This document shows positions 25,386 through 35,254 of a stretch of 64,000 bases of DNA, piece after piece. Source of the stretch: a virus; IMG/VR virus record IMGVR_UViG_3300015371_000008, positions 1 to 64,000 of that record, one strand, 5' to 3'. A program made the position numbers and the translations under genes. How positions within the stretch are numbered: position 1 is the stretch's first letter; each line of letters opens with the position of its first letter. Below the pieces are notes generated by a model, which had not been told where the DNA came from, did not search any database, and saw nothing but the letters and a program-made list of their open reading frames with translations.

Positions 25386-26440
25386 GCAGCCTCCAGTTTC
25401 GGCTTGCCGTCCAGGGACGTCCACAGGCGGGCGTCCATCATGCCCAGCTCTACGCAGAAGGGGTGCGGGTCAGCCAGTTCACCGGCTTGCCGCCACCGCT
25501 CCACCACGTCCAGGATCTGGGCGATGCGCTCCTCCTGGCCGGGCTTCGGGCCGTGGGCTTTGCCGCCGTCCCAGGCCAGGCCGAGCGCCTTGCGGGCCCG
25601 CCTGATCGTATGGTCCTCGACGGCGGGCGTCGTCAGGCGCAACTGCTTGGCTATCTCGCCCAGGCTCATGTTGTACTGGACCGCCATCCGGGCCACCTGC
25701 ATGTGCAGCAGCGCTTCCCGGTCGCGGCGGGCCCAACGCTCCTCGATCTTCTCGTTGCGGATGTCGCCCTCCCACAGCAGCCCGTCTGGGGCGTAGTCGT
25801 CGGGAGTGCGGAACCCGTACCGGCGGGCCAGGTCCTTGGCGCGGATGTGGTGGATGCCGGTGTAGGGGATCGCGCACATCTGGTCAAAGAAGGCGTTGAC
25901 GTCGTCAAGCATGTCGCGGGCGACGCGACGACGATGTCCCGTAACGATCTGGAGGATGGTGGTGTAGCCGTATCCGAGGCGGGAGCCCTGCACGGCGGCG
26001 GGCCAGCCATTGGCGCACAGCGAACCCAGCTTCCACCTGATGAGACGGGCGGGGACGCTCGTCGTAGATGCCGCGATCAGGTCGTCTTCGGTGATGGCCG
26101 CGATGCGGCGTCCGGTACTGACGAGGACAGAGTCCACCTGCCCGTTGAGGATCTTTTCGAGGCCATGGCGGGACAGTCCAGCTGCGCGAGCCACAGGCTG
26201 GTGCACCCACTCTTTGTCGTCGATCCAGGTCCGCAGGATGGTGCGAAGTTCGGATACGCGGTAGCGGCGCGGAACTCCTTGACGGACCTTCTGCCGACGT
26301 TCGGCGTCGGCAAGGCGGATGATCTCCGAACACGTGGAGGCTCCGGGGCAAGGGTAGGTGGCCCGGCATCCGGCCCGGTAGCCGAGTGCGGTGCCGTGCG
26401 GGAAGTCGGGGTCGTTGGGGTCACGCGGACGTGCGGGCAT
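25382..26440 (-). CDS. multi-HTH phage protein with N-terminal His/Cys motif
   Basis: HGTALGYRAGCR; several HTH-like segments. Confidence 0.7.
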   Translation of the reverse strand: MPARPRDPNDPDFPHGTALGYRAGCRATYPCPGASTCSEIIRLADAERRQKVRQGVPRRYRVSELRTILRTWIDDKEWVHQPVARAAGLSRHGLEKILNGQVDSVLVSTGRRIAAITEDDLIAASTTSVPARLIRWKLGSLCANGWPAAVQGSRLGYGYTTILQIVTGHRRRVARDMLDDVNAFFDQMCAIPYTGIHHIRAKDLARRYGFRTPDDYAPDGLLWEGDIRNEKIEERWARRDREALLHMQVARMAVQYNMSLGEIAKQLRLTTPAVEDHTIRRARKALGLAWDGGKAHGPKPGQEERIAQILDVVERWRQAGELADPHPFCVELGMMDARLWTSLDGKPKLEAA

Positions 26441-26489
26441 GCAGCATCACTCCTTGAGGGTGGACCCGGTCGCTCACGGGTACACTCAT

Positions 26490-26792
26490 TTAGTATGACC
26501 GCTCGTTGCGGAATCTGGCAAGGACGTCAGCCTCCATCGCTGCCGCGTTCGCTCTCATGACCTGCACCAACGCTTCACAGATCTCGCGTGCCTGACGCCG
26601 GGTGAAGGCGTGGCCTTCCTCGTCTGAACGGGCGGCGTCCCACCTCTGCACCACCCCCGTAGCGTCCCTGATTTCGACGCTGGGGCGGGTCAGGCGGATG
26701 GCGTGCCGGTGGATACGGAAGGGCCGGGATGGGCGCCACCGGGTGCGTTCCAGGGCCGCAGACAGGGCGTCGTGGAGGTCGTACGGGTTCAG
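26490..26792 (-). CDS. hypothetical protein with probable CTG start
   Basis: 100-codon open frame; GAGGAGG SD; CTGA overlap with upstream stop. Confidence 0.5.
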   Translation of the reverse strand: MNPYDLHDALSAALERTRWRPSRPFRIHRHAIRLTRPSVEIRDATGVVQRWDAARSDEEGHAFTRRQAREICEALVQVMRANAAAMEADVLARFRNERSY

Positions 26793-27049
26793 GATCGCTC
26801 CTCCTCTTCTGCGGTCAGTGGGCCGGTCGGGTGCGCCTCCGCCGTAGTGGCTTCATCGGAGCAGGCCCAGACGGCGAGCATCGCCGGGAGGGTGGAGTCG
26901 TAGGAGTTGACGCCCACCACGTCGCCGGTGGGACGCAGGCGGCACACGACGGCCAGGGCTGGGGCGTAGAGCAGGTCGGCGAACGCCGCCACCACGATGT
27001 CGATGGCGGCGTTAGACGGCATTTCGGGCATGGGTATAGCAGGGCTCAC
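26789..27049 (-). CDS. hypothetical protein
   Basis: GTG after GGAG and class I leader. Confidence 0.55.
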   Translation of the reverse strand: MSPAIPMPEMPSNAAIDIVVAAFADLLYAPALAVVCRLRPTGDVVGVNSYDSTLPAMLAVWACSDEATTAEAHPTGPLTAEEEERS

Positions 27050-27140
27050 AGGGGGTCTCCAAAGGTATGCCCGGGTCGCTCTACCGGGCCGGTCGGACCC
27101 CTCAATTCTACAATCATTTAGCGGATCGGGTGTGGCTTTG

Positions 27141-27857
27141 TCATATCGGCACACCCCAGCCCTGAAACAGCGTCGCCGTGTAGGTGAGCCGGACCTGCCC
27201 CGCCCGTCCGGCAGCGCCCGCCAAGGTGCCCGAGTTGGTGCCGCCCGCCCCGCCACCACCACCGCCAGGGCCGGATGCTGGAGTTGTCGCGTTGTTGGAC
27301 CCCTGAGTGCCGCCGGTACCACCAGGCCCACCGCCGGTGACTGCCGTCGCACCCGCGCCTCCGGCGCCGCTGCTCGTTGACGCGTTACTCCCCGCGTTGC
27401 CAACGGCGGCGGTACCAGCGGAACCTCCTCCACCTCCACCGCCGCCCCAGGAGGAGTTGCCCGCACCGCCCGCACCGCCGTTGAAATGCGTGCCTGTCGC
27501 CGTGCCGGTGCCGCCTGCACCGCCCGCACCCGCCGCAGCGGAAGCGCCTCCGCTGCCGCCGTGTCCCGTCACCGTGACGGACGTGCCCGTGAAAGTCGAG
27601 CTCCCTCCGGAGCCGCCGGTCGCCTGGGCTACGCCGGTGCCGCCCGCACCGACCGTGTAGGAGTAGCCGGTGCCGGGCGAGACCGCCACGCCGGTCACCT
27701 TGGCGTACTCGCCGCCGCCGCCTCCTCCGCCGTTCTTGGACGTGGACGCGCCACCGCCCGCGCCGCCGCCGCCCCAGCATTCGACGTCAACGCTGGTGAC
27801 CCCGGATGGGCAGGTCCACGTAGATGTGCCCGCCGTGGTGAACGTGTCGGTCGCCAT
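27141..27857 (-). CDS. glycine-rich virion/fibre protein
   Basis: TWTCPSGVTSVDVECWGGGGAGG and Gly repeats. Confidence 0.85.
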   Translation of the reverse strand: MATDTFTTAGTSTWTCPSGVTSVDVECWGGGGAGGGASTSKNGGGGGGGEYAKVTGVAVSPGTGYSYTVGAGGTGVAQATGGSGGSSTFTGTSVTVTGHGGSGGASAAAGAGGAGGTGTATGTHFNGGAGGAGNSSWGGGGGGGGSAGTAAVGNAGSNASTSSGAGGAGATAVTGGGPGGTGGTQGSNNATTPASGPGGGGGGAGGTNSGTLAGAAGRAGQVRLTYTATLFQGWGVPI

Positions 27858-28345
27858 CAGCAGAGAATCTGCACTACTAGGTCCGCCCCGGCCACGGTGC
27901 TCCCAATTTGATCTATGTCCACGGTGAAGTAGGCCCCATCGGCGATCGTCGTCGTGTTCATGTTCGTGACCTTGCCGGAGGTGTTTCCGCTGATCGCGAT
28001 CGTCGGCCGGTTGCCCTGCGTAGAGAAGATCGTGGTGCCGTTGACGTTGATGTCCACGATGATCGCGGCGCCCGTGGGGGCCGTGCCGACACTCGCGCGT
28101 ACGCCCTTGATGTCGAGGGTGGCGGTGGTGTCGTTGTAGATCCGGAACGTCCCGGCGCCCGTGGTCAGAGTGCCAGCGCGGGAGAACGGGAACAGAATCC
28201 CCGCCTCGACAAGGTGTTCCGCACCTGCACTGTTACGCGTCCACAGCACCGCATTGGGCCTGGCGAATACGGCGCACCATCCGGACGGCGGATTGCCCGG
28301 ACTGGCTTGCTCCGGCAGCGCCACCGCGCTCGCGAACTTCGGCAT
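27857..28345 (-). CDS. virion structural protein
   Basis: GTAPTGAAIIVDINVNGTTIFST...VDIDQIGSTVAGADL. Confidence 0.75.
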   Translation of the reverse strand: MPKFASAVALPEQASPGNPPSGWCAVFARPNAVLWTRNSAGAEHLVEAGILFPFSRAGTLTTGAGTFRIYNDTTATLDIKGVRASVGTAPTGAAIIVDINVNGTTIFSTQGNRPTIAISGNTSGKVTNMNTTTIADGAYFTVDIDQIGSTVAGADLVVQILC

Positions 28346-28539
28346 CAGACGTCCTTGGTTTCGAGCCCCTCCGGGCGCCAGCCGACTCCGTGACAGTGAT
28401 CACACTGCACGAGGCGTTGTGCGACGGCCAGGGCGCGCAGCCGGTGCGGGAACGGACGTGGCTCGTCGGTGGAGGTGGAGTAGCACGGCTCCCCTGGCTC
28501 GGCCAGGCAGCAGGAGCAGGTCGCCTCCAGCGGATCCAT
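28345..28539 (-). CDS. small zinc-finger protein
   Basis: CSCCLAEPGEPC...HRLR. Confidence 0.55.
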   Translation of the reverse strand: MDPLEATCSCCLAEPGEPCYSTSTDEPRPFPHRLRALAVAQRLVQCDHCHGVGWRPEGLETKDV

Positions 28540-28541
28540 GT

Positions 28542-29744
28542 TCACGCCCTGGCCTGCACGACGACGCGGTAGACGGCGGAGGAGGCGGAGTTGGCTGAGG
28601 TCAGGGAGATGTTGTTGGTGTCCACCACGATCTCGTCCATGTAGACGCGGGCGCCGCCGGTGTTCTCGTACACGAACACCTGGACGTCCTTGGTCCCCAG
28701 GTTGTGGGTGATATTGAGGGCGCTGCCGCCGGTCAGCGCGCCGACGTCGGCGGCGTAGGCGGTGACGGCGACCAGGTTGGTACGGGCGGCCGACGCGCTG
28801 GTGGCGTTGGTGCCGCCCTTGCTGAGGGGTACCAGGCCCACGGTGATGTCGTTCGAGTTCACCGTCAGGCTGCCGTCGGCGGCCACGACGTCGAACGTCG
28901 AACCGGTCAGGGTCAGACCGGCCCCGGCGACGTAGGTGGTGCCGGAGGTCGTGTAGACGGTCCACGTCTGCGTCCACGAGCCTGGCGAGCCTGACGGGGT
29001 GGCCGTCTGGATGTACTGGCCGCCCGCGTAGGTGCCCTCGGCTACGGCGACGAGGGTGCCGTCCAGGATCTCCCCGGTGGCGTCGGCGTCGGGAGCGCGG
29101 GTGGCGGCGGAGCCGGACCCGTTGAAGACGTAGATGCCGTTCTGGGTGCCGGTCGTCTGCCCGGCGGCCAGGAATCGGTCGCCGCTGGTCAGGGTGACGC
29201 CGTCCACGGTCGTGCCGGGGCCGGACAGGGTGACGTTGGATTGGGTGGCCACCCTGACGGGGTCCTTGACGCCCACGATCCCGGCCCGCGCATCGTCAAC
29301 GTACTGTTTGTTGGCGGCGTCGGTGCCGGTGCTGGGCGCCAACAGGTTGGTGATCTTCTGGGAGTTGAGGGATACCGACGCCGTCGGCGCCGCCATCTGG
29401 TCCAGGCGGGACGTACGAACCTGCGTGTCGAAGTCGCTGATCGTGGACGCGGTCTGAGTGCCGGTGTGGTTGGCGCGGGCCAGCGGGTCGGTGGCCAGTT
29501 TGGACAAGGCGATGGCGGCGCCGGAGGCGACCTTGGCGTTGGTGATCGTGTCGTCGGGGATGTCCCCGCCATCCATGCGGACCCAGGATGTGCCGTTGTA
29601 GTACTTGTCCACCGGCGGCGTCAGAGACGTGTCGGTCCACATCTGGCCGGTGACCGGGCTGCTCGGCGCAGTGCCGGACGCTTCCGGCGTCAGCCCCTTG
29701 ACCGGAATCTTGGACGTGTCGATCGGCGCCAAAAACTTCGGCAT
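28542..29744 (-). CDS. head/tail fibre-like protein
   Basis: DAANKQYVD, VRVAT...LSG...VDGVTL...QNGIYV. Confidence 0.85.
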   Translation of the reverse strand: MPKFLAPIDTSKIPVKGLTPEASGTAPSSPVTGQMWTDTSLTPPVDKYYNGTSWVRMDGGDIPDDTITNAKVASGAAIALSKLATDPLARANHTGTQTASTISDFDTQVRTSRLDQMAAPTASVSLNSQKITNLLAPSTGTDAANKQYVDDARAGIVGVKDPVRVATQSNVTLSGPGTTVDGVTLTSGDRFLAAGQTTGTQNGIYVFNGSGSAATRAPDADATGEILDGTLVAVAEGTYAGGQYIQTATPSGSPGSWTQTWTVYTTSGTTYVAGAGLTLTGSTFDVVAADGSLTVNSNDITVGLVPLSKGGTNATSASAARTNLVAVTAYAADVGALTGGSALNITHNLGTKDVQVFVYENTGGARVYMDEIVVDTNNISLTSANSASSAVYRVVVQARA

Positions 29745-29752
29745 CCTGCCCC

Positions 29753-30145
29753 CTACGAGGTGAGGTCGAGTTGGCCAGCCATGGGGAAGGCCCACTCGAC
29801 GCGGACTTGTGTGGGGGTGGGATAGGAGACGTCGCCCTCAATGAGGACTCCGCCGGTATCGGTAGCGATCACGTTGGGGGTGATGGGGATCGTGTGGGTG
29901 ACCTGCCACACCGCCAGCGGGGAGGCGAAGACGTAGGTCTGCTGTATCGCTCCGCCGGGAGGTCCTGCCGGACCGGTAGGCCCGGCAGGACCCTGCGGCC
30001 CGGTCGTGCCGGGCGGCCCCTGCACGCCCGGCATGGTGAGTTCCAGGGCGACGTCAGGGCCGCCGTCAACGGTGACGGTCGTCTGAGAGTCGATCTCGAC
30101 CAGAATGGCGCCCGGCGCCTCGACGACCTCCAGCAGGATCGTCAC
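29753..30145 (-). CDS. collagen-like virion protein
   Basis: GxP repeats; fibre-operon context. Confidence 0.8.
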   Translation of the reverse strand: MTILLEVVEAPGAILVEIDSQTTVTVDGGPDVALELTMPGVQGPPGTTGPQGPAGPTGPAGPPGGAIQQTYVFASPLAVWQVTHTIPITPNVIATDTGGVLIEGDVSYPTPTQVRVEWAFPMAGQLDLTS

Positions 30146-30498
30146 CGGGTCACCTCGGCGGACACCTCAACCTCGCCCCGCAGCAGCCGCGTGGTATCGC
30201 CACCCGGCGACTCAATCTCCAGGTCATAGACGCCGTAACGCCACGTCCAGGCGGCGGTGACGTCGTCGGCGACGGCCAGCCGGATCTCCCCTTCGGCGGC
30301 GTCCACCGTGATGCCGGATCCGACGGTCAACGACAGCAGCGGAGTCGGCGACGTGATCGACTCACGGACCTGCATGCGTACGGCGTAGCCGGTCAGGTCG
30401 ATCGGCGTGGGCGGGTCGTCGGCCGGGTTTTTGAGGCGCAGCAGCATGGACCAGGACTCACCCTGGCCAATTTCGATCTTCCAATACGCGGCTGGCAC
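30142..30498 (-). CDS. virion protein, BppU-N-like fibre adaptor
   Basis: IDLTGYAVRMQVR...GVYDLEI...LLRGEVEV. Confidence 0.8.
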   Translation of the reverse strand: MPAAYWKIEIGQGESWSMLLRLKNPADDPPTPIDLTGYAVRMQVRESITSPTPLLSLTVGSGITVDAAEGEIRLAVADDVTAAWTWRYGVYDLEIESPGGDTTRLLRGEVEVSAEVTR

Positions 30499-30505
30499 GC
30501 GGCCC

Positions 30506-30536
30506 ACCGTGACGGACCGGGACAGTTAAGGTCGCG
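30506..30536 (-). promoter_or_regulatory. class II (putative late) promoter
   Basis: CGCGAC-N19-CACGGT-N7-GTG. Confidence 0.8.
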
Positions 30537-30549
30537 CCCTACAGGCACG

Positions 30550-30586
30550 AAAAAGCGGGCCCCGACGCCGTGTCGGTGGCCCGCTC
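30550..30586 (-). terminator. intrinsic terminator after ssb
   Basis: GCGGGCC...GGCCCGC hairpin followed by TTTTT. Confidence 0.8.
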
Positions 30587-30596
30587 CTGTTGGGGT

Positions 30597-31058
30597 TTAG
30601 AACGGCGGCTCCTCCGGAGCGTTAGCTGGGGTCGCCCACGGGTCGTTCGCCGGTGCGCCACCCTGCCCGTGCTGTCCGTTGCCGCCCTGCCGGGCCGTCT
30701 TGTTGACCTTGGCGGTGGCGTTGCGCAACGACGGGCCGACCTCGTCCACCTCAACCTCATAGGTGGTGATCTTATGGTTCTCCTTGTTGGTGTACTGCCG
30801 CTGCTTCAACCGGCCCTGCACGATGACGCGGGAGCCCCGGATCAGACTCTCGGCGACGTTCTCCGCCATCTGCCGCCACACGTTGCAGCGCAGGAACAGC
30901 GTGTCGCCGTCCTTCCACGTGTTCGTGGCCTTGTCCATGAAGCGGGGGGTGGAGGCGATAGTGAACCCGGCGACCGCCTCCCCCTTGCCGGTGAAGCGGA
31001 GGGTGGGGTCGTCGGTCAGGTTCCCGACGAGCGTGACGACGGTGTCTCCTGCTGCCAT
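30597..31058 (-). CDS. ssb: single-stranded DNA-binding protein
   Basis: [28 protein letters not shown], acidic EEPPF tail. Confidence 0.97.
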   Translation of the reverse strand: MAAGDTVVTLVGNLTDDPTLRFTGKGEAVAGFTIASTPRFMDKATNTWKDGDTLFLRCNVWRQMAENVAESLIRGSRVIVQGRLKQRQYTNKENHKITTYEVEVDEVGPSLRNATAKVNKTARQGGNGQHGQGGAPANDPWATPANAPEEPPF

Positions 31059-31097
31059 GGTGATCTCTTCTCTACTCGTTGTGGATTTGCTGGGGCG

Positions 31098-31481
31098 TCA
31101 GGCGACGCACTTCTCCCAGTCGGACCAGGTGTTGGGGCGGCGGAACCGGCCGGTGCCGAACTCGCCGAACTGCAGAATGATCTGCAACGCGACGCCCGCC
31201 TCGACATGCAGCCTGGTCAGCCCGTCATGTTCGTTGTCGAGGTAGGCGTCCTGGAGGCTCTCGTCCCACTCGTCCTTGAACCCAGGCTCGACGATCCCGG
31301 CGACGCTGTGCAGCACGGAGGAGGTGCCGTAGGGCCGCTTCGGGTCGATGGCGGGGGCGCCGAACTCCGGCCCCCGCCAGGTGATGCAGGCCCGCCGCAG
31401 CAGCGCCAGATGACTGTCGGTGATCTCGAACTCGGTCAGCCGGTCGGCTTCGCGGATCTGCTTGCTGTAGACGTCGTCCAT
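31098..31481 (-). CDS. hypothetical protein
   Basis: IDPKRPYG motif; GGAG SD. Confidence 0.75.
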   Translation of the reverse strand: MDDVYSKQIREADRLTEFEITDSHLALLRRACITWRGPEFGAPAIDPKRPYGTSSVLHSVAGIVEPGFKDEWDESLQDAYLDNEHDGLTRLHVEAGVALQIILQFGEFGTGRFRRPNTWSDWEKCVA

Positions 31482-31496
31482 GTGGGGTGTCTCCGT

Positions 31497-31811
31497 TCAG
31501 TTGGTGGGCCACAGGAACACGGCCAGGAGGGCGCCCGGCGGCGCCGGATCGTATGCGTCGGCGTCGTCGCGGCTGAGCCGGTCCGGCTCCGTCATGTAGT
31601 GGTCGCCGCACCAGGGCTGATTCGGCATGTACATGCCGACGTCCACCCCGTCCTTGAGCGGAAGGGGGGAACAGCCGTTGTCCTGGGCAGACGCGTCGCT
31701 GGACAGCACCACGAGGGTGTTCCCGGGGGTGCCCTTCGCCTTCAGTTCGGTCAGGGCGGCCAGCAGCGAGTCGAGGGTATGGGAGTCGGCTATGGCGTCC
31801 GTGATGCTCAT
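31497..31811 (-). CDS. hypothetical protein
   Basis: ATGA overlap. Confidence 0.7.
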   Translation of the reverse strand: MSITDAIADSHTLDSLLAALTELKAKGTPGNTLVVLSSDASAQDNGCSPLPLKDGVDVGMYMPNQPWCGDHYMTEPDRLSRDDADAYDPAPPGALLAVFLWPTN

Positions 31812-32038
31812 CGTGGGGCCTTTCGTGCGAGTGGAATGTGCAGGGTTCCGGAGGTGTGATCGCAGGTGACTGGGAATCCGGCTCCGGCGAGAGCACGCGA
31901 GGCGGTGATGCGGTTGGTGCGGCCGGTGACCCGGACGGCGAGGCCGCCGTTGATGTGGCGGACAGCCGCCACGGTGCCCCAGACGGGCAGGGAGCCAACG
32001 ACCAGATCAACAACACGGTCGAGATCGGTGGCGTGCAT
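31808..32038 (-). CDS. hypothetical protein
   Basis: AGGAGG SD plus class I leader. Confidence 0.7.
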   Translation of the reverse strand: MHATDLDRVVDLVVGSLPVWGTVAAVRHINGGLAVRVTGRTNRITASRALAGAGFPVTCDHTSGTLHIPLARKAPR

Positions 32039-32118
32039 GGATACACCTCCTGGTCGAGCCAGCCGGGTCGCTCAACCGGCCAGCACGTTACAACACCCGA
32101 TTGTACAGTCATTTGGCG

Positions 32119-32910
32119 TCAAGTGATAGGGGAAGTCCAAGCCGCCTCCCAGGTGATCGGCCCAACCACGCCGTCGGCCACCAGCCCCTTCTCCGCCTGG
32201 AAGGCGCGGGCAACGTCGGCGTCGGCGCGGGCCCACGCCGAGTCCACGACGATGGACCAGCCGCGCTGCCGCATCTGCCGCTGCCACGTAGCGACGTCGC
32301 TGCCGCGCATAGGCGGGTTCTTCACCGTGAAGTAGCGGCCCGGCCACACCGGCACCTGGACGGCGGTCACCGGCGGCTCCGTCGTGATGGCATTAAGCGC
32401 CTCATGGACCATGGCCAGGAACCAATCCCACGGGAAGCCCGGCCCCGGGTCGGTGTGGTCGGAGCGTTTGTAGACGGCCGACACGTCGGCGTGGCAGGTG
32501 ATGCCGCGATTGCCTGCCGCCAGCTCCGCCCGGGTCAGCCGCCGGACGGGCAGGCCGTACTTTGCGCACCAGGCGGCGGTCACCTTGGCCGCCTGACCCA
32601 AGGCCGCCTTGGAGTAGTCATCCAGCCATTCGTCGCGGGACTGCCGCATGTATCCGGCGATCTCCAGTTGGAGGCCGTCAGTGTTGGCGCCGGGCGCGGC
32701 GTACGCGGTGTCCTCGTCGGGGACGCAGCGCACCGCAGAATCGTTGTCTACGCAGATGTGGGCGGAGGCGACGACGCCGGAGTCCCGGAAGTAGCGGGCC
32801 ACGTTCTCGGCCGTCAGCGGCCCCTCAGGGGCTTCCGCATCGTGGATGACGACGAGCCGGACGGTGGCGAGGCGGCCCTTTCTGTACTGGCTGGACAGGA
32901 TGGTCTGCAT
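32119..32910 (-). CDS. endolysin: N-acetylmuramoyl-L-alanine amidase with peptidoglycan-binding domain
   Basis: VIHDAE, SAHICVD, HADVS...HTDPG, FQAEKGLVADGVVGPITW. Confidence 0.92.
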   Translation of the reverse strand: MQTILSSQYRKGRLATVRLVVIHDAEAPEGPLTAENVARYFRDSGVVASAHICVDNDSAVRCVPDEDTAYAAPGANTDGLQLEIAGYMRQSRDEWLDDYSKAALGQAAKVTAAWCAKYGLPVRRLTRAELAAGNRGITCHADVSAVYKRSDHTDPGPGFPWDWFLAMVHEALNAITTEPPVTAVQVPVWPGRYFTVKNPPMRGSDVATWQRQMRQRGWSIVVDSAWARADADVARAFQAEKGLVADGVVGPITWEAAWTSPIT

Positions 32911-32916
32911 ATCGGC

Positions 32917-32947
32917 ACGGTCGCGCCCGACAGGCATTAACGTCGCG
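32917..32947 (-). promoter_or_regulatory. class II (putative late) promoter
   Basis: CGCGAC-N19-GACCGT-N6-ATG. Confidence 0.75.
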
Positions 32948-33014
32948 GGCTGCGACACGCAGACGCCCCGCCGAAGCCTTGCGGCAAAGACTCCGGCGGG
33001 GCGGGAACGGGGGA

Positions 33015-33470
33015 TCAGGGGGTGTGCTTCCAGGCGGTCCGCTGCGCCGGGTCGGCGTAGACGAGGCCGAATAGGAGGGTGGCCGGGCTGCACCGGTCAG
33101 GGTCGGGCACGAGGCGTACGGAGGAGCCGCAGATCTGCGGCTTGTGCTTCAGCACCATGACGCCGTCCCAGATGTCGGCCGGATGTTCGGAGCGGAAGCC
33201 GAGCAGGCCGTCTCCCGCCTCCAGCCTGGCGACGGGGACGGGGGTGACCGGGTATACGCCGGTGGCACAGAACAGCATCCAGTCGCCGGGGCGGAACGTG
33301 ACGACTCCGCTGTTGCGGGTGGCGACGCGGTAGCCGCGCTGTTGGGTGACGGAGAAGTCGGCGCCGAGGGCGGAAAGTGTTCCCGCGATGGCGCCGTGTG
33401 TTTCGAATGCGGATTCGTCGGCTTGCTGTTCCAGGGCGGGGATGTGGAACACGGTTCTGATCGGTGGCAA
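33015..33470 (-). CDS. hypothetical protein
   Basis: TTG after AAGGAG. Confidence 0.6.
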   Translation of the reverse strand: MPPIRTVFHIPALEQQADESAFETHGAIAGTLSALGADFSVTQQRGYRVATRNSGVVTFRPGDWMLFCATGVYPVTPVPVARLEAGDGLLGFRSEHPADIWDGVMVLKHKPQICGSSVRLVPDPDRCSPATLLFGLVYADPAQRTAWKHTP

Positions 33471-33496
33471 GGTGGTCTCCTTTTGGCGGCGTCGCT

Positions 33497-33772
33497 CTAG
33501 CCGCTTTCGTCGATTCTGGTGGGCAGTTCGGATTGTATGGAGCGGTAGTGCGGGCTCGGTTGCTCGCGTGGTGGCGGCGGTTTGGTCACTTCTTCCAGGT
33601 AGGCGTTGACTCGGGCGTAGATGTAGTCGAGCAGGGCTTTGGCTTCGACTGTGTTGACGCCTTCTCCTAGGTGGAGCCTGACCTGGTTCGTCCAGTCGAA
33701 GCTGATCACTAGGCGGAAGCGGTCGAGTTGAAGAGTCGGAGGTCGCCTACCTTGGGGTTGTTGTGGAGCCAT
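33497..33772 (-). CDS. hypothetical protein
   Basis: ORF track. Confidence 0.55.
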   Translation of the reverse strand: MAPQQPQGRRPPTLQLDRFRLVISFDWTNQVRLHLGEGVNTVEAKALLDYIYARVNAYLEEVTKPPPPREQPSPHYRSIQSELPTRIDESG

Positions 33773-33998
33773 CGTCTGGTTTGTCCTGTCCTGTCAGGCA
33801 GGCGATTAGCGTCTGCGGCTCCACCATGTCACGGTTAAGTTTCGCCAGGTAGGCGATCGACAGGGCCCGCTGATTGGCATCGGCGATCATGACCAGTCGG
33901 CGCATGACCTCTCTGCTGTCAGCTTCCGCCTTGGACTTAGCGGCTATAGCCCTCCGAAGCATGGTCAGGAGGGCCAAGTCGTCTACGTCGCCACCCAT
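33747..33998 (-). CDS. hypothetical protein
   Basis: GGAGG SD. Confidence 0.55.
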   Translation of the reverse strand: MGGDVDDLALLTMLRRAIAAKSKAEADSREVMRRLVMIADANQRALSIAYLAKLNRDMVEPQTLIACLTGQDKPDDGSTTTPR

Positions 33999-34113
33999 GA
34001 TTCCTCCCGCTTCTCCCGCGCACGCTTTCGGTACGGATGTGGGGTCGCCCGTCCCACTTCTACTCATCCCCACCATGGCACGCATTTAGCGGCAGGTCTC
34101 GGACTGTTCGCAT

Positions 34114-34983
34114 TTAGTTATCAGACGGTGCGAGGTCGTCAAGGATTCTGCGCGCCACCTGGTAGGCGAAGTAGCCGGGGCACTCCTCCGGCGTGACGTA
34201 CAGGTCGCCGCAGGCGGTGCACTCCCACACTCCGGAGTTGTCGGGTCGGTAGGGCGCCTCGTGCACGTCGTGGCCCTGCTTGGCCAGCCTGCCGAGCAGG
34301 CAGCCCAGCGACCACGACTTGTCGGCCAGGTCGGGGATGCGCACCTTGCCGCTTGACAGGAGCGAGCCCGCCCGGCCGAGAGCTTCATGAGTCTCGGCCG
34401 CCTCCGCTTCTGCCACGTCCAGCCGGTTGCGCAGCATCTCCCGCAGCGGGGCGATTACAGCGCACAGTTCGTCGGCGGCGGCCCGCCAATCGTCGCGGGC
34501 GTCCAGCGGCACCGCGTTGATGGTCCAGTGGTTGACCAGGTAGCGGCGCTGCTCCGCCGTCTTGCACATCGCCATCTCCTCCCACGGGTTGGTGCGGAGC
34601 GGCCCCGCCGTGGTGGACAGTTCCACCGCCCGGTCCCGGATGTCGGTCAACCGGGCCTTCTCGGCGTCGTAGGCGGCCTGCGCCTCCGCCCGCTCCTCCT
34701 CGTCCATCCAGTCGGCGGGCGGCAGCATCCCGATCGGCTTGATCGCCTTCTCCGGGTCTTCGCGCCGCCGGTGGTAGATCTCCTTGCCCCAGAGGGCGTC
34801 CACCAGGGCTCCGTCGATCCATTCGTAGTCACTGCCGGTTACCAGCAAATGCTCCAGGGCGGCCGTCCGGTTGGAGTATCCGGCGGGCCAGAAGCGGATC
34901 AGCCGTTCCACGGTGCAGTCCACCGAGTCGCACGGGTAGTCCGGCAGCCGGGTTTCCCGGCCACACCGTTCACACGTCGTCAT
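34114..34983 (-). CDS. hypothetical protein
   Basis: AGGAG SD; Cys motifs. Confidence 0.75.
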   Translation of the reverse strand: MTTCERCGRETRLPDYPCDSVDCTVERLIRFWPAGYSNRTAALEHLLVTGSDYEWIDGALVDALWGKEIYHRRREDPEKAIKPIGMLPPADWMDEEERAEAQAAYDAEKARLTDIRDRAVELSTTAGPLRTNPWEEMAMCKTAEQRRYLVNHWTINAVPLDARDDWRAAADELCAVIAPLREMLRNRLDVAEAEAAETHEALGRAGSLLSSGKVRIPDLADKSWSLGCLLGRLAKQGHDVHEAPYRPDNSGVWECTACGDLYVTPEECPGYFAYQVARRILDDLAPSDN

Positions 34984-35254
34984 CGTCGTACTCCTGCCAG
35001 GACTTCTTGGGGGTGCCCGTCAGACGGCGCACGATGGCGGCGCCGGGGCCGGATGCGGTGGCCAGGTTGTCCTGGTGGCGGTGCCGCCACCACCAGCGGG
35101 CCGTGTGGATGACGTACGCGGGCCACAAGATCCACCACAGCCACAGGGTGGCCAGATGCTCGAACGCCTCGTCAGTGCCGTCCAGCCGCAGAATGACGGC
35201 GCCGAGGCCGGTCAGGGCGATGCCCGCGCCGACGCCGCACAGGAAGCCGGTCAT
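34970..35254 (-). CDS. small membrane protein
   Basis: ATGA overlap; TM segments. Confidence 0.65.
   Translation of the reverse strand: MTGFLCGVGAGIALTGLGAVILRLDGTDEAFEHLATLWLWWILWPAYVIHTARWWWRHRHQDNLATASGPGAAIVRRLTGTPKKSWQEYDDDDV

Noticed and set aside
27141-30145. Low-complexity GCC/GGC repeats
   Set aside because: Explained by glycine-rich and collagen-like fibre proteins
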